From the IMG/VR virus record IMGVR_UViG_3300029267_004155: a DNA stretch of 64,000 bases. One strand, written 5' to 3'. The stretch is from a virus. Taxonomy: Duplodnaviria > Caudoviricetes. Positions 10,406 to 20,848 of this stretch are shown piece by piece. The first letter of the stretch is position 1; every line of letters starts with the position of its first letter. A model generated the notes under the pieces. That model was not told where the DNA came from and did no database searches. It was given only the letters and a program-made list of their open reading frames with translations. The position numbers and the translations under genes are program-made.

Positions 10406-10797
10406 AAAGCGTGGTGGTAACCAGAAGCCAGAGTGCGATGAAGGTGCCGTGGGGTAATCCGTTCGGGCTTCAGTCCTCTCTTGGGATGGTGGTTCTTCCA
10501 GGCAAGAACAAGGTGGTCCCGACTGGTCTGAGGGTGGAGTTGCCGGCTGGCACGGAGATGGGTGTCGAGAGCGTCGTCGAAGGCGTGACGGTCGTCTCTC
10601 ATCAGCAGGGGCGGGGCGATCTGGTGTGCCTCGTGTTCGGCGTGGGGTCGTTGCCGGTCAGGCTGGAGGTTGGAGACGTCTTCGCCAGGGCGACGATCAC
10701 CGAGGTGATGGTGGCGCCTGTCAGGTTCATGGAGAGGACGGAAGGCGGTCACAGGATGGTGAGAGGGGAGGCGCGAGACGTTGAGACTGGCGCTTAG
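10402..10797 (+). CDS. degenerate dUTPase-like protein
   Basis: VLPGKNKVVPTGLRVELPAG resembles the dUTPase N-terminal segment; catalytic motifs not recognisable. Confidence 0.45.
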   Translation: MKSVVVTRSQSAMKVPWGNPFGLQSSLGMVVLPGKNKVVPTGLRVELPAGTEMGVESVVEGVTVVSHQQGRGDLVCLVFGVGSLPVRLEVGDVFARATITEVMVAPVRFMERTEGGHRMVRGEARDVETGA

Positions 10798-11599
10798 TCG
10801 AGAGGTTCCGAGCCAGGAGTCAGAGCTCGTCGCGAAGGCGCTCGGGACGATGGGCGACGTGGTCCAGCTGGACCCGTGGAACCCGGAGGCCTGCGCGTCG
10901 AGGTTCGACGTGGCGGTCTGCGTCGGTCCGGTGGCGGCGTGCCCCGTGGCCCGCGGGAGGGTGCTCGTGGCCCTTGGTTGCATGGCATCGCAGCGGGACC
11001 TCGGGTGGGATGTGGTGGTCGTGTCGTCCAGGAAGGCGGCGAGGCTGGCCGGAAGGATGTTCGGCGTTCGGACCGGGGTGGTGATGGCGCAGCCGCCGGT
11101 CCTCGGCCTGCATCACGGGAGACGGCGCCTGGTGACGCCGTGCGCGGGGCTGCTGCATGCTTCCGAGTTCGGGTTTCACGCCCCCGACAAGAAGGGGGCC
11201 CTGCTGGCTTTCGGGCTGTGGGCGGACAGGGAGGCCACGGAAGAATGGGCGTGTCCGCCGTCCGCCTGCGAGGCGTGGCCGGAGTCGTGCGAGTATGGCG
11301 GTCCGAAGAAGAGAAGGGTCTTCTCTCCGAACGACTTCAACTCGGCCGTGCGGGGAGGGGCGATAGGCTTGTATCCGGAGTGGATGGCCGACGGCTACGA
11401 TCTCCAGGTCAGGAGGCACCTGTGCCTCGGTGGCCGCGTGATGTGCCGCAGGGACCCGGAGGTGCTGGGTGACCTGGCGGACTTGTGCTCGGAGGCGACC
11501 TCCGACATGGAGGATGCGAACAGGAACGATCCGGTCGACTGCTCCGGCGACGCGGACGCGTGGGTCGAGGCGGTTTGTGACGTGGCAAGGAGGGTGTGA
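10781..11599 (+). CDS. hypothetical protein, possibly degenerate GT-B
   Basis: Coupled ORF within the glycan gene run. Confidence 0.55.
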   Translation: MRLALSREVPSQESELVAKALGTMGDVVQLDPWNPEACASRFDVAVCVGPVAACPVARGRVLVALGCMASQRDLGWDVVVVSSRKAARLAGRMFGVRTGVVMAQPPVLGLHHGRRRLVTPCAGLLHASEFGFHAPDKKGALLAFGLWADREATEEWACPPSACEAWPESCEYGGPKKRRVFSPNDFNSAVRGGAIGLYPEWMADGYDLQVRRHLCLGGRVMCRRDPEVLGDLADLCSEATSDMEDANRNDPVDCSGDADAWVEAVCDVARRV

Positions 11600-12840
11600 T
11601 GGCAGGATGTCTTCCGGTGGTCTCCGTTTTCGGGGTCGAGAACATCGAGTTGAGATCGGGCGTGGCGCCACCTTTCGAGACGGGGGAGCTAGACGTCAGG
11701 TGTCATTTGACGGACGACGATCTTTCCAGGGTGCTGGCCGAGGAGAGGCCCGGCGTCGTCGTGACGTTCGGGGATGTCAGAGACTTCCCGGCCTTGGCAG
11801 CGGCGGCGTGGGAGGTTCGGAAGAAGTGGCTGCACTACGAGGACACTTCCGACTTGGAGAGGGTCGGGAGGGAGGCGATCCAGTGCTTCATCGGCGCCGC
11901 GTGCCTCGACCGCCGGGAAGTCAAGCTGGTGACGGTGTTCACCCCGGCCTACGAGACCGGGGACAGGATCATGCGGCCCTACCTCTCCCTCAAGGGGCAG
12001 ACGTACAAGGATTGGGAGTGGGTCGTCGTCGACGACTCGGACGACGACGGGGAGACGTTCGAGATGCTGTCCGGCATCGCCGAGAGGGATCACCGCGTCC
12101 GGGTCTTCAGGGAGAGCTGTCACTCGGGGGTCATTGGCCGGGTTAAGCGGAACGCCTGCATGCTCGGAAGGGGCGACTACCTGGTCGAGCTGGACCACGA
12201 CGACGAGCTGACCGACGACGCGCTGGCCAGGGTGGTCGACGCGTACGGGAGGAACCCGGAGATCGGGTTCGTCTACACCGACTTCGCGGAGCTCTTTCCG
12301 GACGGGAGCCCGGTCAGGTACGGGCAGAACAGGGAGCTGAAGCCCCCGTTCACGGACTGGGGGTTCGGATACGGCTCCTACCGGGAGGAGGTTCACGCCG
12401 GCCAGAAGTACGCCGTGGCCAATTCCCCGAATGTCAACGCGAAGACGATCAGGCACATCGTCGCGGCCCCGAACCACCTGCGGTCATGGAGGAGGTCGGT
12501 CTACGTGGGCATCGGCGGCCACCGGGACGCGATTCACGTGGCGGACGACTACGAGATCATGGTGAGGACCTTCCTGGCGACCAGGATGGCGCGGGTGCCG
12601 CACATGTGCTATCTTCAGTATCGGAACCTGGAAGGCAACACCCACCGCGTGCGGAACCAGGAGATACAGAGGCTTGTCAGGTGCTTCTCGCAGTTCTACG
12701 ACCAGAGCATCCACGCCAGGCTCCTGGAGCTGGGGGTGGAGGACCACGTGTGGGCCGAGGGTCAAAACTCGTTTGCTCGGCTCGGGATGGTGATGAACCC
12801 GCCGGAGGAGTCTCATTGCACGATCATGGTGGATGGATGA
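11596..12840 (+). CDS. glycosyltransferase family 2
   Basis: VTVFTPAY, WEWVVVDDS, VELDHDD, DDYE. Confidence 0.88.
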   Translation: MMAGCLPVVSVFGVENIELRSGVAPPFETGELDVRCHLTDDDLSRVLAEERPGVVVTFGDVRDFPALAAAAWEVRKKWLHYEDTSDLERVGREAIQCFIGAACLDRREVKLVTVFTPAYETGDRIMRPYLSLKGQTYKDWEWVVVDDSDDDGETFEMLSGIAERDHRVRVFRESCHSGVIGRVKRNACMLGRGDYLVELDHDDELTDDALARVVDAYGRNPEIGFVYTDFAELFPDGSPVRYGQNRELKPPFTDWGFGYGSYREEVHAGQKYAVANSPNVNAKTIRHIVAAPNHLRSWRRSVYVGIGGHRDAIHVADDYEIMVRTFLATRMARVPHMCYLQYRNLEGNTHRVRNQEIQRLVRCFSQFYDQSIHARLLELGVEDHVWAEGQNSFARLGMVMNPPEESHCTIMVDG

Positions 12841-13409
12841 GGTATGTGGAGGCAATCGAAAGGCTGCGCGGCCAGCGAAGGGTGCTCGTGACCGGGCCTG
12901 CTCGTTCGGGGACGACCATCGCCTCGCGAATGATCGCTGCCGACCTCGGGCTGCCGTGGCTCAAGGAGGACCGGGTCCGGAACGACGACGTGGCCCTCTT
13001 CCGGCGGCTTGTCGGGTCCGGTTCCGACTTCTGCCTTCAGGGTCCGGGCTTGTCCCATGTCCTCCACAGGGAGTGTGGGGACGTCGCGGTCGTCTTCATG
13101 CGCAGGGACCTGATGTCCATCATCCGCTCGCAGATAAGGCTGGAGGGGCAGATGCCGGGGTGGGTGGAGCTGAACGAGCGCAGGTACGGGGGTTTCTACA
13201 GGAACGAGTTCGGCTCTGCCATGCCAGGCTGGCGATGGGAGTATCCGGTGCCGGTCATCAAATACGAGATATGGGAGATGCAGAGGTCGTCGGTCCCGTT
13301 CTCGCTGGAGCTGGACTACGAGTCGATGAGCTCGCACGAGCTTTGGGTGAGTAAGGACGAGAGGGCGGGGTTCACCCCGCACCAGACCCAGAAGGAGGAG
13401 AAGATATGA
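12837..13409 (+). CDS. sulfotransferase-like P-loop protein
   Basis: VLVTGPARSGTT (5'-PSB-like loop), VFMRRD...IIRS (3'-PB-like), LDYE. Confidence 0.65.
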   Translation: MRYVEAIERLRGQRRVLVTGPARSGTTIASRMIAADLGLPWLKEDRVRNDDVALFRRLVGSGSDFCLQGPGLSHVLHRECGDVAVVFMRRDLMSIIRSQIRLEGQMPGWVELNERRYGGFYRNEFGSAMPGWRWEYPVPVIKYEIWEMQRSSVPFSLELDYESMSSHELWVSKDERAGFTPHQTQKEEKI

Positions 13410-14524
13410 TACCGCTGTTCAAGGTCCACATGCCGCGCAACGTGATGGAGCCGCTTCAGGAGGTTTTGTTCTCCGGGTACATCGGCCAGGGAGCCAAGGT
13501 CAAGGAGTTCGAGGAGCGATTGGGGCAGCGCCTCGGCAACCCGAGATGCCTGACCCTGAACTGCGGGACGGCTGGCCTTCACCTGGCTCTTCGGCTTGCC
13601 GGGGCGGAGCCGGGGACGAACGTCATCACGACACCACAAACCTGTTCGGCAACGAACGAGCCGATCCTGGAGAGGGGGGCCGACATCAGGTGGGCCGACG
13701 TCAACCCCAAGACGGGGGAGATCGATCCCGACAGCGTTGCGCTCTTGATCGATGACAAGACAGCCGCCATCGTCTGCGTGCACTGGGGCGGCTACCCGTG
13801 CGATCTTGACGCTCTCAATGAGATAGGCGAGTTCTATGAGGTGCCGGTCATTGAGGATGCGGCCCATGCCTTCGGGGCGGTCTACAAGGGGAAGCCAATC
13901 GGCTCGATCTCGAACTTCACCATGTTCAGCTTCCAGGCCATCAAGCATCTGACGACGGTGGACGGCGGCCTGCTGACCTGCAGGAGCGACGAGGACTACG
14001 CCAGGGGCAAGCTCCTGAGGTGGTACGGCATCTGCCGGGAGTCCAGTTCGGGTTTCAGGTGCGAGCCGGACATCAAGGAGTTCGGGTACAAGTTCCACAT
14101 GAACGACGTGTGCGCGACCATCGGGCTGGCGCAGCTGGGGCATGTCGACAGGATTCTGGGTCAGCACCGGTCCAACGCCAGGTTCTACGACCGGGAGCTT
14201 CAGGGCGTCGATGGCGTCGAGCTGCCTCCCTACGAGCCCGACAGGGAGAGCGCCTACTGGCTCTACACGATCCTGGTCGACGGCGGCGTGAAGGAGTTCG
14301 AGAGCTTCATGGGCCAGCACCATGTTCAGGTGTCGCCGGTCCACAAGCGGAACGACGGCCACACCATGATGGCCGAGTTCGCCCCGACGGGCAGGCTTTC
14401 CGGCGTCGACGAGTTCGAGCGTCGGCAGATCAACATCCCGGTCGGGTGGTGGGTGACGCACGAGGATCGCTCGTTCATCGTTGACACGATCAGGAAGTGG
14501 TCCGTCCAGAGGAGGAGGAAATAG
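13406..14524 (+). CDS. DegT/DnrJ/EryC1/StrS PLP-dependent sugar aminotransferase
   Basis: NCGTAGLHLAL, VHWGG, IEDAAHAFG, FSFQAIKHLTTVDGG (PLP lysine). Confidence 0.93.
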   Translation: MIPLFKVHMPRNVMEPLQEVLFSGYIGQGAKVKEFEERLGQRLGNPRCLTLNCGTAGLHLALRLAGAEPGTNVITTPQTCSATNEPILERGADIRWADVNPKTGEIDPDSVALLIDDKTAAIVCVHWGGYPCDLDALNEIGEFYEVPVIEDAAHAFGAVYKGKPIGSISNFTMFSFQAIKHLTTVDGGLLTCRSDEDYARGKLLRWYGICRESSSGFRCEPDIKEFGYKFHMNDVCATIGLAQLGHVDRILGQHRSNARFYDRELQGVDGVELPPYEPDRESAYWLYTILVDGGVKEFESFMGQHHVQVSPVHKRNDGHTMMAEFAPTGRLSGVDEFERRQINIPVGWWVTHEDRSFIVDTIRKWSVQRRRK

Positions 14525-15297
14525 TGGCTCCGAGGGTCAACTATGTGATTTCGTCGTGGCATGGCCGAAGGACCATGGCGGCGTCGTATTTCGACCGATA
14601 CGGGTGGCATGCGGTCCAGAAGCACGTGGAATGCCTCAGGCGCGTCAGGCACGGGTGCGACAGGATCACGATCGTGGCGCCGACCGGGCCCGAGGACACC
14701 TATCCGCCGGACTACGAGGAGTACCTATGGTGGCTGAGGGAGGTGAACGGGGTGCCGGTGAGGCATATCCGGAGGGACAACAGGGGGCACTCCTATGAGG
14801 GATGGCGGCTTGCCTATCTCGACGATCCGACCTTCGACTACTACATCTTCATCGAGGACGACTACTGTCCCGTGCATGACGATCTCGCCCCGATCCTGGC
14901 GTGGGAGCTGGACGGCCGCTTCGCCTACCTTTGTGGCTACATGTGGAGGTGCACGGCCAGAGACGTCAAGTGGGCGCAGATGGAGCCGTGCGATGACGGG
15001 GACGTGATTGACGTGGCGTCGGTCAGCAACGGGATCGTCGCGGCTTCCGCGATGAAGGCGGCAGCCGCCAGAGGCCCGTTCTTCAACCAGGTGCACTTCT
15101 CGCAGCTTTTGCAGTTTGCCGGAGTGGAGGTAGTGGACTGGGTCGGGCGTTACAGGAGCCCGTTCTTTTGCGACAACCCGAAGGCTCCGGAGCTCAAGGA
15201 CTTTTCTCCGGACTCGAACGAGTACGTCATGGTGCCGATCCAGATGCTGGTCGGCGAATGCCCGCTGGTCCAGGAGCTGGAGAGGTACCGGTTGTAG
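14524..15297 (+). CDS. GT-A-like protein, tandem paralog 1
   Basis: YYIFIEDDY motif; close paralog immediately downstream. Confidence 0.7.
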   Translation: MAPRVNYVISSWHGRRTMAASYFDRYGWHAVQKHVECLRRVRHGCDRITIVAPTGPEDTYPPDYEEYLWWLREVNGVPVRHIRRDNRGHSYEGWRLAYLDDPTFDYYIFIEDDYCPVHDDLAPILAWELDGRFAYLCGYMWRCTARDVKWAQMEPCDDGDVIDVASVSNGIVAASAMKAAAARGPFFNQVHFSQLLQFAGVEVVDWVGRYRSPFFCDNPKAPELKDFSPDSNEYVMVPIQMLVGECPLVQELERYRL

Positions 15298-15311
15298 TCG
15301 AGAGGATGGAC

Positions 15312-16049
15312 ATGGCTTCGAGGGTCAATTACGTCGTGGCGTCCTGGCATGGTCGAAGGACGATGGAGGGGTCCTATTTCGACCGATACGGGTGGCATGC
15401 GGTCCAGAAGAACATCGAGTGTCTCTCCAGGTTGAGGCAGAAGCTGTCCCAGATCACGATCGTGGCTCCGACCGATCCGGACGGGACGGTGCCTCCGGAC
15501 TACGACGACTACCTCTGGTGGCTGAGGGAGATGGGCGGGGTGGACGGGGTGCCGGTCAAGGTCATCAAGCGGCCGAATGTCGGCTTGTCGTACGAGAGCT
15601 GGAGGACGGCCTACCTCGACGATCCGACCTTCGACCACTACATCTTCATCGAGGACGACTGGTGTCCTGTGATGGATGATTTCGACTCCGTCCTGATCGA
15701 CCTCCTGGCGGACAGGGATGTCTACCTTTGCGGGTACATGTGGATCAACCTGAGAAGGGGCGGCTGCAAAAACGCGGCCCATAGCAACGGGATCGTCCTG
15801 GGGCGCGTGATGGGGAGGGTCGCGAGAATGGGTCCGTTCAAGAACCAGAACCACTTCTCGGACTGCCTGATCGAGGCCGGGATCGACATCGTCGACTGGC
15901 AGGAGACGCATAGGAGTCCGTTCTTCCATGACAGGCCGTCGCTCCCGAGCATGGCTTTCTACGCTCCCAGTCAGAAGGAGCACCTCATCGTCCCGGTTCA
16001 ACTGCTGATGTTGCATGAGAACCTGAGAAGATTCTCATGGTGGGTGTGA
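15312..16049 (+). CDS. GT-A-like protein, tandem paralog 2
   Basis: HYIFIEDDW; shares RVNYVxxSWHGRRTM and YFDRYGWHAVQK with 14524. Confidence 0.7.
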   Translation: MASRVNYVVASWHGRRTMEGSYFDRYGWHAVQKNIECLSRLRQKLSQITIVAPTDPDGTVPPDYDDYLWWLREMGGVDGVPVKVIKRPNVGLSYESWRTAYLDDPTFDHYIFIEDDWCPVMDDFDSVLIDLLADRDVYLCGYMWINLRRGGCKNAAHSNGIVLGRVMGRVARMGPFKNQNHFSDCLIEAGIDIVDWQETHRSPFFHDRPSLPSMAFYAPSQKEHLIVPVQLLMLHENLRRFSWWV

Positions 16050-16243
16050 AGAGAACTAACTACGTTGTGGAGTCCCGCATGGAAGGTGCACCGTCATGGT
16101 CCGAGGGAGGCACGAGGGAGCGTGACCAGATCGAATGGACGAGGAAGCACGGCAACGTGCCGATCGAGAGCGTGAAGGAGGAGGTCGGCTACGAGGTCCT
16201 CGACCCGTCTTTCCCGTCGCTTTCGATAGTGAGGAGAGCGTGA
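16037..16243 (+). CDS. small hypothetical protein
   Basis: Overlaps neighbours; N-terminus RTNYVVES..MEG echoes the upstream paralogs. Confidence 0.4.
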   Translation: MVGVKRTNYVVESRMEGAPSWSEGGTRERDQIEWTRKHGNVPIESVKEEVGYEVLDPSFPSLSIVRRA

Positions 16244-17025
16244 TGGGTAGGGTTTTGCTCGTGATGGGACAGCACAGGGGAGGGACGTCGGCCATGGCCG
16301 GGTCTCTTTATCATCTCGGCGGCGTCATTGGTGCCAATGGCGATTTCCACCGGGACGCTCACAACGTGAAGGGCTATTTCGAGAACGCGGACGCCCTCGG
16401 TGCCAACGAGGAGGCCTTGCGGCTGGCCGGGGCGTCCTGGGACTCGGAGGAGGTCCTGCCGGCCGACATGGGCTCCGACCCGCGCTACGACATGCTCGTC
16501 ATGCGGATGGGAGACTTCTTCGCTCGGGACATGGAGCTGGCACGGGACAGGTTCCTGGTCGTCAAGGACCCGAGGATAAGCCTGCTGCTGCCTCTCTACC
16601 TAAAGGTCTTCCGGGGGCTCGGGGTCGAGCCGTCCTTCCTGTTCTGCGACCGCCGGAACGAGGAGATAGCCAGGTCCCTGTCGGCGCGCGAGGGGTTCGA
16701 TCCCGCCCACGCGGTCCTGACGGCGGAGGCTCACAGGGAGAGCGTTCGGCGGTTCGAGGGGGACATCGACGTGGCGTGGGTCTCCGCGTTCGACTGCCTG
16801 CTGGGGCATCGGGAGTCCTTCTTCAGGTGGATGAGGGACAGGTTCGACCTGCCGCTGGAGATCGGTCCGGAAGGCATGGGGAGAGTGGCCGACTTCCTGG
16901 ACGCCGGCCTCCGGCATCACCGTGGGGCCGGCCCTGACGGCTTGTGGGGGACCGCGCTCATCCGAGATCCCGTCAGGGCCACGGTGCCCGAGTGGGCGAC
17001 GATCGGGGACGGACATGCGCATTGA
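16243..17025 (+). CDS. sulfotransferase family protein
   Basis: VMGQHRGGTS, NVKGYFEN, VKDPRISL, R..EEIARSL. Confidence 0.8.
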   Translation: MGRVLLVMGQHRGGTSAMAGSLYHLGGVIGANGDFHRDAHNVKGYFENADALGANEEALRLAGASWDSEEVLPADMGSDPRYDMLVMRMGDFFARDMELARDRFLVVKDPRISLLLPLYLKVFRGLGVEPSFLFCDRRNEEIARSLSAREGFDPAHAVLTAEAHRESVRRFEGDIDVAWVSAFDCLLGHRESFFRWMRDRFDLPLEIGPEGMGRVADFLDAGLRHHRGAGPDGLWGTALIRDPVRATVPEWATIGDGHAH

Positions 17026-20000
17026 GGCGATAGCGATAGGTGACGAGAGCTGTGGGTCGGCCAGGCTGAGGTGCCACAGGCCGGCGAGGCTGGCGCCGTC
17101 AGGTTTCCGGTGGAAGCTGGCCTCGAAGGGGGACGTGAGCTTCGATTGCGACGTGCTGTACGTCCAGAAGATCGCGGAGCCGTGGGTGGTGGAGGCGGCG
17201 AGCAAGGCCGTGGCCGAGGGCGTCCCGGTGGTCTACGACATCGATGACGACTTCGGGGTGTGGCCAGGCATGGACGAGGCGGCGATGGTGGAGCTCGCCT
17301 CCAGGGTGACCGTCGACACCGAGGGTCGGAAGGCGCTGCTGGGGTGCGACCCGTCCAAGGTGAGGGTGGTGCCTCCTGGCGTCGACTACATGGACCACGC
17401 CCCGCCTCCGCTGGAGGCCTCCGGCGGCGTGTCGGGGATCGTCACTTTCGGGAGCAACCACTCCGTCGTGGCGTCGAGGGGGTGGATGGACGCCGCCGAG
17501 GTCGGGGAGAAGACGCATATCGCCTCCATCCAGCTCATTCCTGGCAAGTGGGTGAGCTGGGACCTGGGGACGTTCGTGGACGAGTTGAGGTCTTGCGACG
17601 TCTGCCTGCTGGTGCATGGGGACGGGGCCGACAGGAGGTGCGCGAACCGGCTGCTGGCGGCGATGGCCGCGGGGGTGCCGACGGTGACCAGCGACTCCAT
17701 GGCCTATCGCCGGGTTCTTGACTCCATCGGCCTGGGGTGGCTGGTCGCGAGAGGGCCGGAATGGCTGGCGGCCCCGCTTCGGAGGCTGGCCGACCCGGAG
17801 ATGCGCATGGAGGTCTCCAGGACGTTCATGGAGCACGCGTGGGGAAGGCACCATCCGAGGGTCCAGGCGGAGGCCCTGGCGAGGGTTCTGGCCGAGGTCG
17901 GGCCTCCGGACTCGAGGAGGACCCTGCGTCGGCTCGTGGCCGATCCGGTCGTGAACAGGCACTCCTACCAGATGGCGCACGTGGAGGCCATGTACCGGGA
18001 GGTCCGGGAGGGAAGGCCGAGGGCCGGGGTGGAGTTCGGGGTGGGACGCGGCCTCACCTCCATCGCGATGGCGCTGGGGATGAAGGACAACGGCATGGGG
18101 AGGATGGTTTCCTACGATACGTTCGAGCTCGATCCGGAGGAGGGCCGGCAGAGTCTCGGCATCCCGTTCGGGGAGGCGAGCCTGAACATGGAGAGGTACG
18201 GCGTCGACGACATCGTCACGCTGGCCCGGGGGGACGTCAGGAAGTGGATGGGGGAGCCGCAGCCGTTTCAGCTCCTCCATGTGGACATAGACAACGACGG
18301 CGAGAAGATCAGGTCGATATGGAGCGCCGTGAGGCCGATGCTGGACTTCGGCGGCGCGATGCTGTTCGAGGGAGGCAAGCGCGCTCGGGACGAGGTCGGA
18401 TGGATGAGGGCCGGCGGCCATGTCGGAATGGCCGACGTCCAGGAGGAGACGGGGTACACGCTGGCGGACGAGACGAAATGGGGGCTGGGAAGGATAGGGG
18501 CTGGGGCTCGGAGGCTGGGAGGGGCGCCGAAAAGGGTCCTGGTGGTGATTGACGAGTACGGGTGGGCGTTCGAGTTCTTCGCCAGGGGGTGGTCGGCACA
18601 CTCCCGGCACGAGGTGTCGTTCGTCCGGCACGACGAGTTCGATCCTCCGACGGCCTATGCCGAGAACGACGTCGTGGTCGTGATGACGACGCTCCTGGCG
18701 TCGCTCTACCTGGGCGAGAAGGTGGAAAGGCTGATCCCGGCGAGGACGATCCTGGGCGTGCGGTCGGCTCTCGGGTGGGAGCTGGCGGACCCCGCCGACT
18801 TCGCGGCCCTGGTGGCCAATTCGAAGGTGGCGCACGACATGATCCTCCGAAAGTGGCCGAGGGCCTTGAACGTCTGCTACTCCAGGGGCGCGGTGGACGA
18901 CTCGATCTTCACCCCGGGGCCGCTGGGGGACAAGGTCGGATGGAGCGGGAACCCGCGGCAGCCGGTGAAGCGGGTCCACCTCCTGGACGGGATCGCGAGG
19001 AGGTGGGGCGGCGTGAGCCGGAAGAGCGACTGGGGCGAGAGGTTCTTCAAGAGGGGCCGCTCCAGGGAGGACCAGCTGGCATGGCTGAGGTCGCTCCGGT
19101 GCTTCGTCCAGCTGTCGTCGTCCGAGGGCATGAGCCAGGCGCTCATGGAGGCGGTGGCCTGCGGCGTCCCGGTGGTGGCGACCGACGCGGGGGACACGGC
19201 GCAGCTGGTGGCGGAGCCGTGGGTGGTCCCGGTCGAGCCGGAGTCGGGGTGCGTCGAGAGGGTGAACGACCTGGTTGACGGGATCATGGCCGACGACGAC
19301 GTGGCCGCGACGGCAGCCGCCGAGAACCTGAGGAGGTTCCGCGAGGGCGGCTGGGGATGGTCGAGCCGGGCGTCGGACATGGACGTCCTGGTTGACGGCG
19401 TCACGACCGAGCCGCTGGTCAGCGTGGTGGTTCCTTGCTGGAAGCAGGCCGAGTACCTGGAGAGGTCCGTCGGAAGCGCCCTGGCCCAGACGGTGCCGGT
19501 GGAGGTCGTGATCGTCGACGACGGGAGCCCGGACGACTGCGCGGAGGTGGCGACCCGGCTGGCCAGGGCCAACATCGGCAGGGTTCGGCTCGTCCGGCAG
19601 GAGAACACGGGGCTGCCGGGAGCCAGGAACGCCGGGATCGGGGCGGCGAGGGCCAGCTACGTCTTCCCGCTGGACGCCGACGACGAGCTCGGGTCAAGGG
19701 ATGTCCTGGCGAGGGCGTTCGGGGTTCTCATGCGCGGCTTCGACGTGGCCGGGGTCGATCTGGTCCGGGCGTCGGACGGGTCGGTGCTGAGGGCCGAGAT
19801 GGACGAGGGGAGGATCGCGAGGGAGAACTGCGTGCCGGCCTGCGCGATGTACCGCAAGTCGCTGTGGGAGCGGGTCGGGGGCTACAAGAAGGAGATGAGG
19901 GGCGGCTATGAGGACTGGGAGATGTGGGTGTCGGTCCTGGAGGCCGGCGGCACGTTCGGGAGGGCGGAGGGGGTGCACGTGGACTACGACGACGCCCATC

Positions 20001-20848
20001 CCGGGAGGATGAGCCCGGAGGCGAGGACGTCCCGCGGGTACTGGAGGCTCGTGGCCGAGATGGACAAGCTGCATCCGGGGTTCTTCCAGCCGGAGCAGCC
20101 GGCGGCCGGGGTCAGCGTGATCCTGTCGTCCTACAACCAGGCCGGGAAGCTGCCGCTGGCGCTGGAGGCGCTGAGGGGCCAGGGCGTCGCGCCGCTGGAG
20201 GTGGTCGTCGCCGACGACGGGTCGACGGACGGGACCCTGGAGTGGCTCGACGAGCAGGAGGACGCGGCGTGGCCTTTCCGGTTGAGATACGTAACGAGGG
20301 AGCACTCGTGGTACCGGCTGGCGTCGGCCAACAATCTGGCGGCGGCCCGGGCGAAAGGTTCCAGGCTCCTGTTCACCAACGCCGACCAGGTACATTGCCC
20401 CGGCTCGGTCGGGGCCCACTCTGGGCTTTCCGGGAACGTCGTCGGAGCTGGCATGTTCAAGGGTGTCGACGCCTCCCGGTCGGGGCTCGTGGACCTGGGG
20501 ATGGTGCGCCGGTTCGGCGAGGTGGAGAGGCTCGCTCGCGATCACCCGTCACGGAAGACGAACGAGGGCTACGTCGGCAAGGTGGACCCGAATCGGAACC
20601 CCATCGGGGTCTGGGGCGGCAACTTCTCCGTGCCGGCCGGCGTCTTCAGGGACGTCGGGGGTTACGACGCGGCTTTCGACGTCGGATGGGGAGGGGAGGA
20701 GAACGACCTGGTGGGAAGGTGCGTGAGGGCCGGGGCCACGGTATCCTGGGTCGCCCGCTCGGTCATCTACCACCTGGACCATCCCGCCAGGGCGTACGCG
20801 AGGGCCCAGCTCGGATCGGGGCTCTACGGCAGGAAGACGTCAGGATGA
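17015..20848 (+). CDS. multidomain glycosyltransferase: GT-B + SAM methyltransferase + GT4 + GT2 + GT2/GT7C
   Basis: VYDIDDD; VEFGVGRG...LHVDIDN; SSSEGMSQALMEAVACG; VSVVVPCW...IVDDGSPD...PLDADD...YEDW; VSVILSSYNQ...ADDGSTDG...WGGEEND. Confidence 0.88.
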   Translation: MRIEAIAIGDESCGSARLRCHRPARLAPSGFRWKLASKGDVSFDCDVLYVQKIAEPWVVEAASKAVAEGVPVVYDIDDDFGVWPGMDEAAMVELASRVTVDTEGRKALLGCDPSKVRVVPPGVDYMDHAPPPLEASGGVSGIVTFGSNHSVVASRGWMDAAEVGEKTHIASIQLIPGKWVSWDLGTFVDELRSCDVCLLVHGDGADRRCANRLLAAMAAGVPTVTSDSMAYRRVLDSIGLGWLVARGPEWLAAPLRRLADPEMRMEVSRTFMEHAWGRHHPRVQAEALARVLAEVGPPDSRRTLRRLVADPVVNRHSYQMAHVEAMYREVREGRPRAGVEFGVGRGLTSIAMALGMKDNGMGRMVSYDTFELDPEEGRQSLGIPFGEASLNMERYGVDDIVTLARGDVRKWMGEPQPFQLLHVDIDNDGEKIRSIWSAVRPMLDFGGAMLFEGGKRARDEVGWMRAGGHVGMADVQEETGYTLADETKWGLGRIGAGARRLGGAPKRVLVVIDEYGWAFEFFARGWSAHSRHEVSFVRHDEFDPPTAYAENDVVVVMTTLLASLYLGEKVERLIPARTILGVRSALGWELADPADFAALVANSKVAHDMILRKWPRALNVCYSRGAVDDSIFTPGPLGDKVGWSGNPRQPVKRVHLLDGIARRWGGVSRKSDWGERFFKRGRSREDQLAWLRSLRCFVQLSSSEGMSQALMEAVACGVPVVATDAGDTAQLVAEPWVVPVEPESGCVERVNDLVDGIMADDDVAATAAAENLRRFREGGWGWSSRASDMDVLVDGVTTEPLVSVVVPCWKQAEYLERSVGSALAQTVPVEVVIVDDGSPDDCAEVATRLARANIGRVRLVRQENTGLPGARNAGIGAARASYVFPLDADDELGSRDVLARAFGVLMRGFDVAGVDLVRASDGSVLRAEMDEGRIARENCVPACAMYRKSLWERVGGYKKEMRGGYEDWEMWVSVLEAGGTFGRAEGVHVDYDDAHPGRMSPEARTSRGYWRLVAEMDKLHPGFFQPEQPAAGVSVILSSYNQAGKLPLALEALRGQGVAPLEVVVADDGSTDGTLEWLDEQEDAAWPFRLRYVTREHSWYRLASANNLAAARAKGSRLLFTNADQVHCPGSVGAHSGLSGNVVGAGMFKGVDASRSGLVDLGMVRRFGEVERLARDHPSRKTNEGYVGKVDPNRNPIGVWGGNFSVPAGVFRDVGGYDAAFDVGWGGEENDLVGRCVRAGATVSWVARSVIYHLDHPARAYARAQLGSGLYGRKTSG

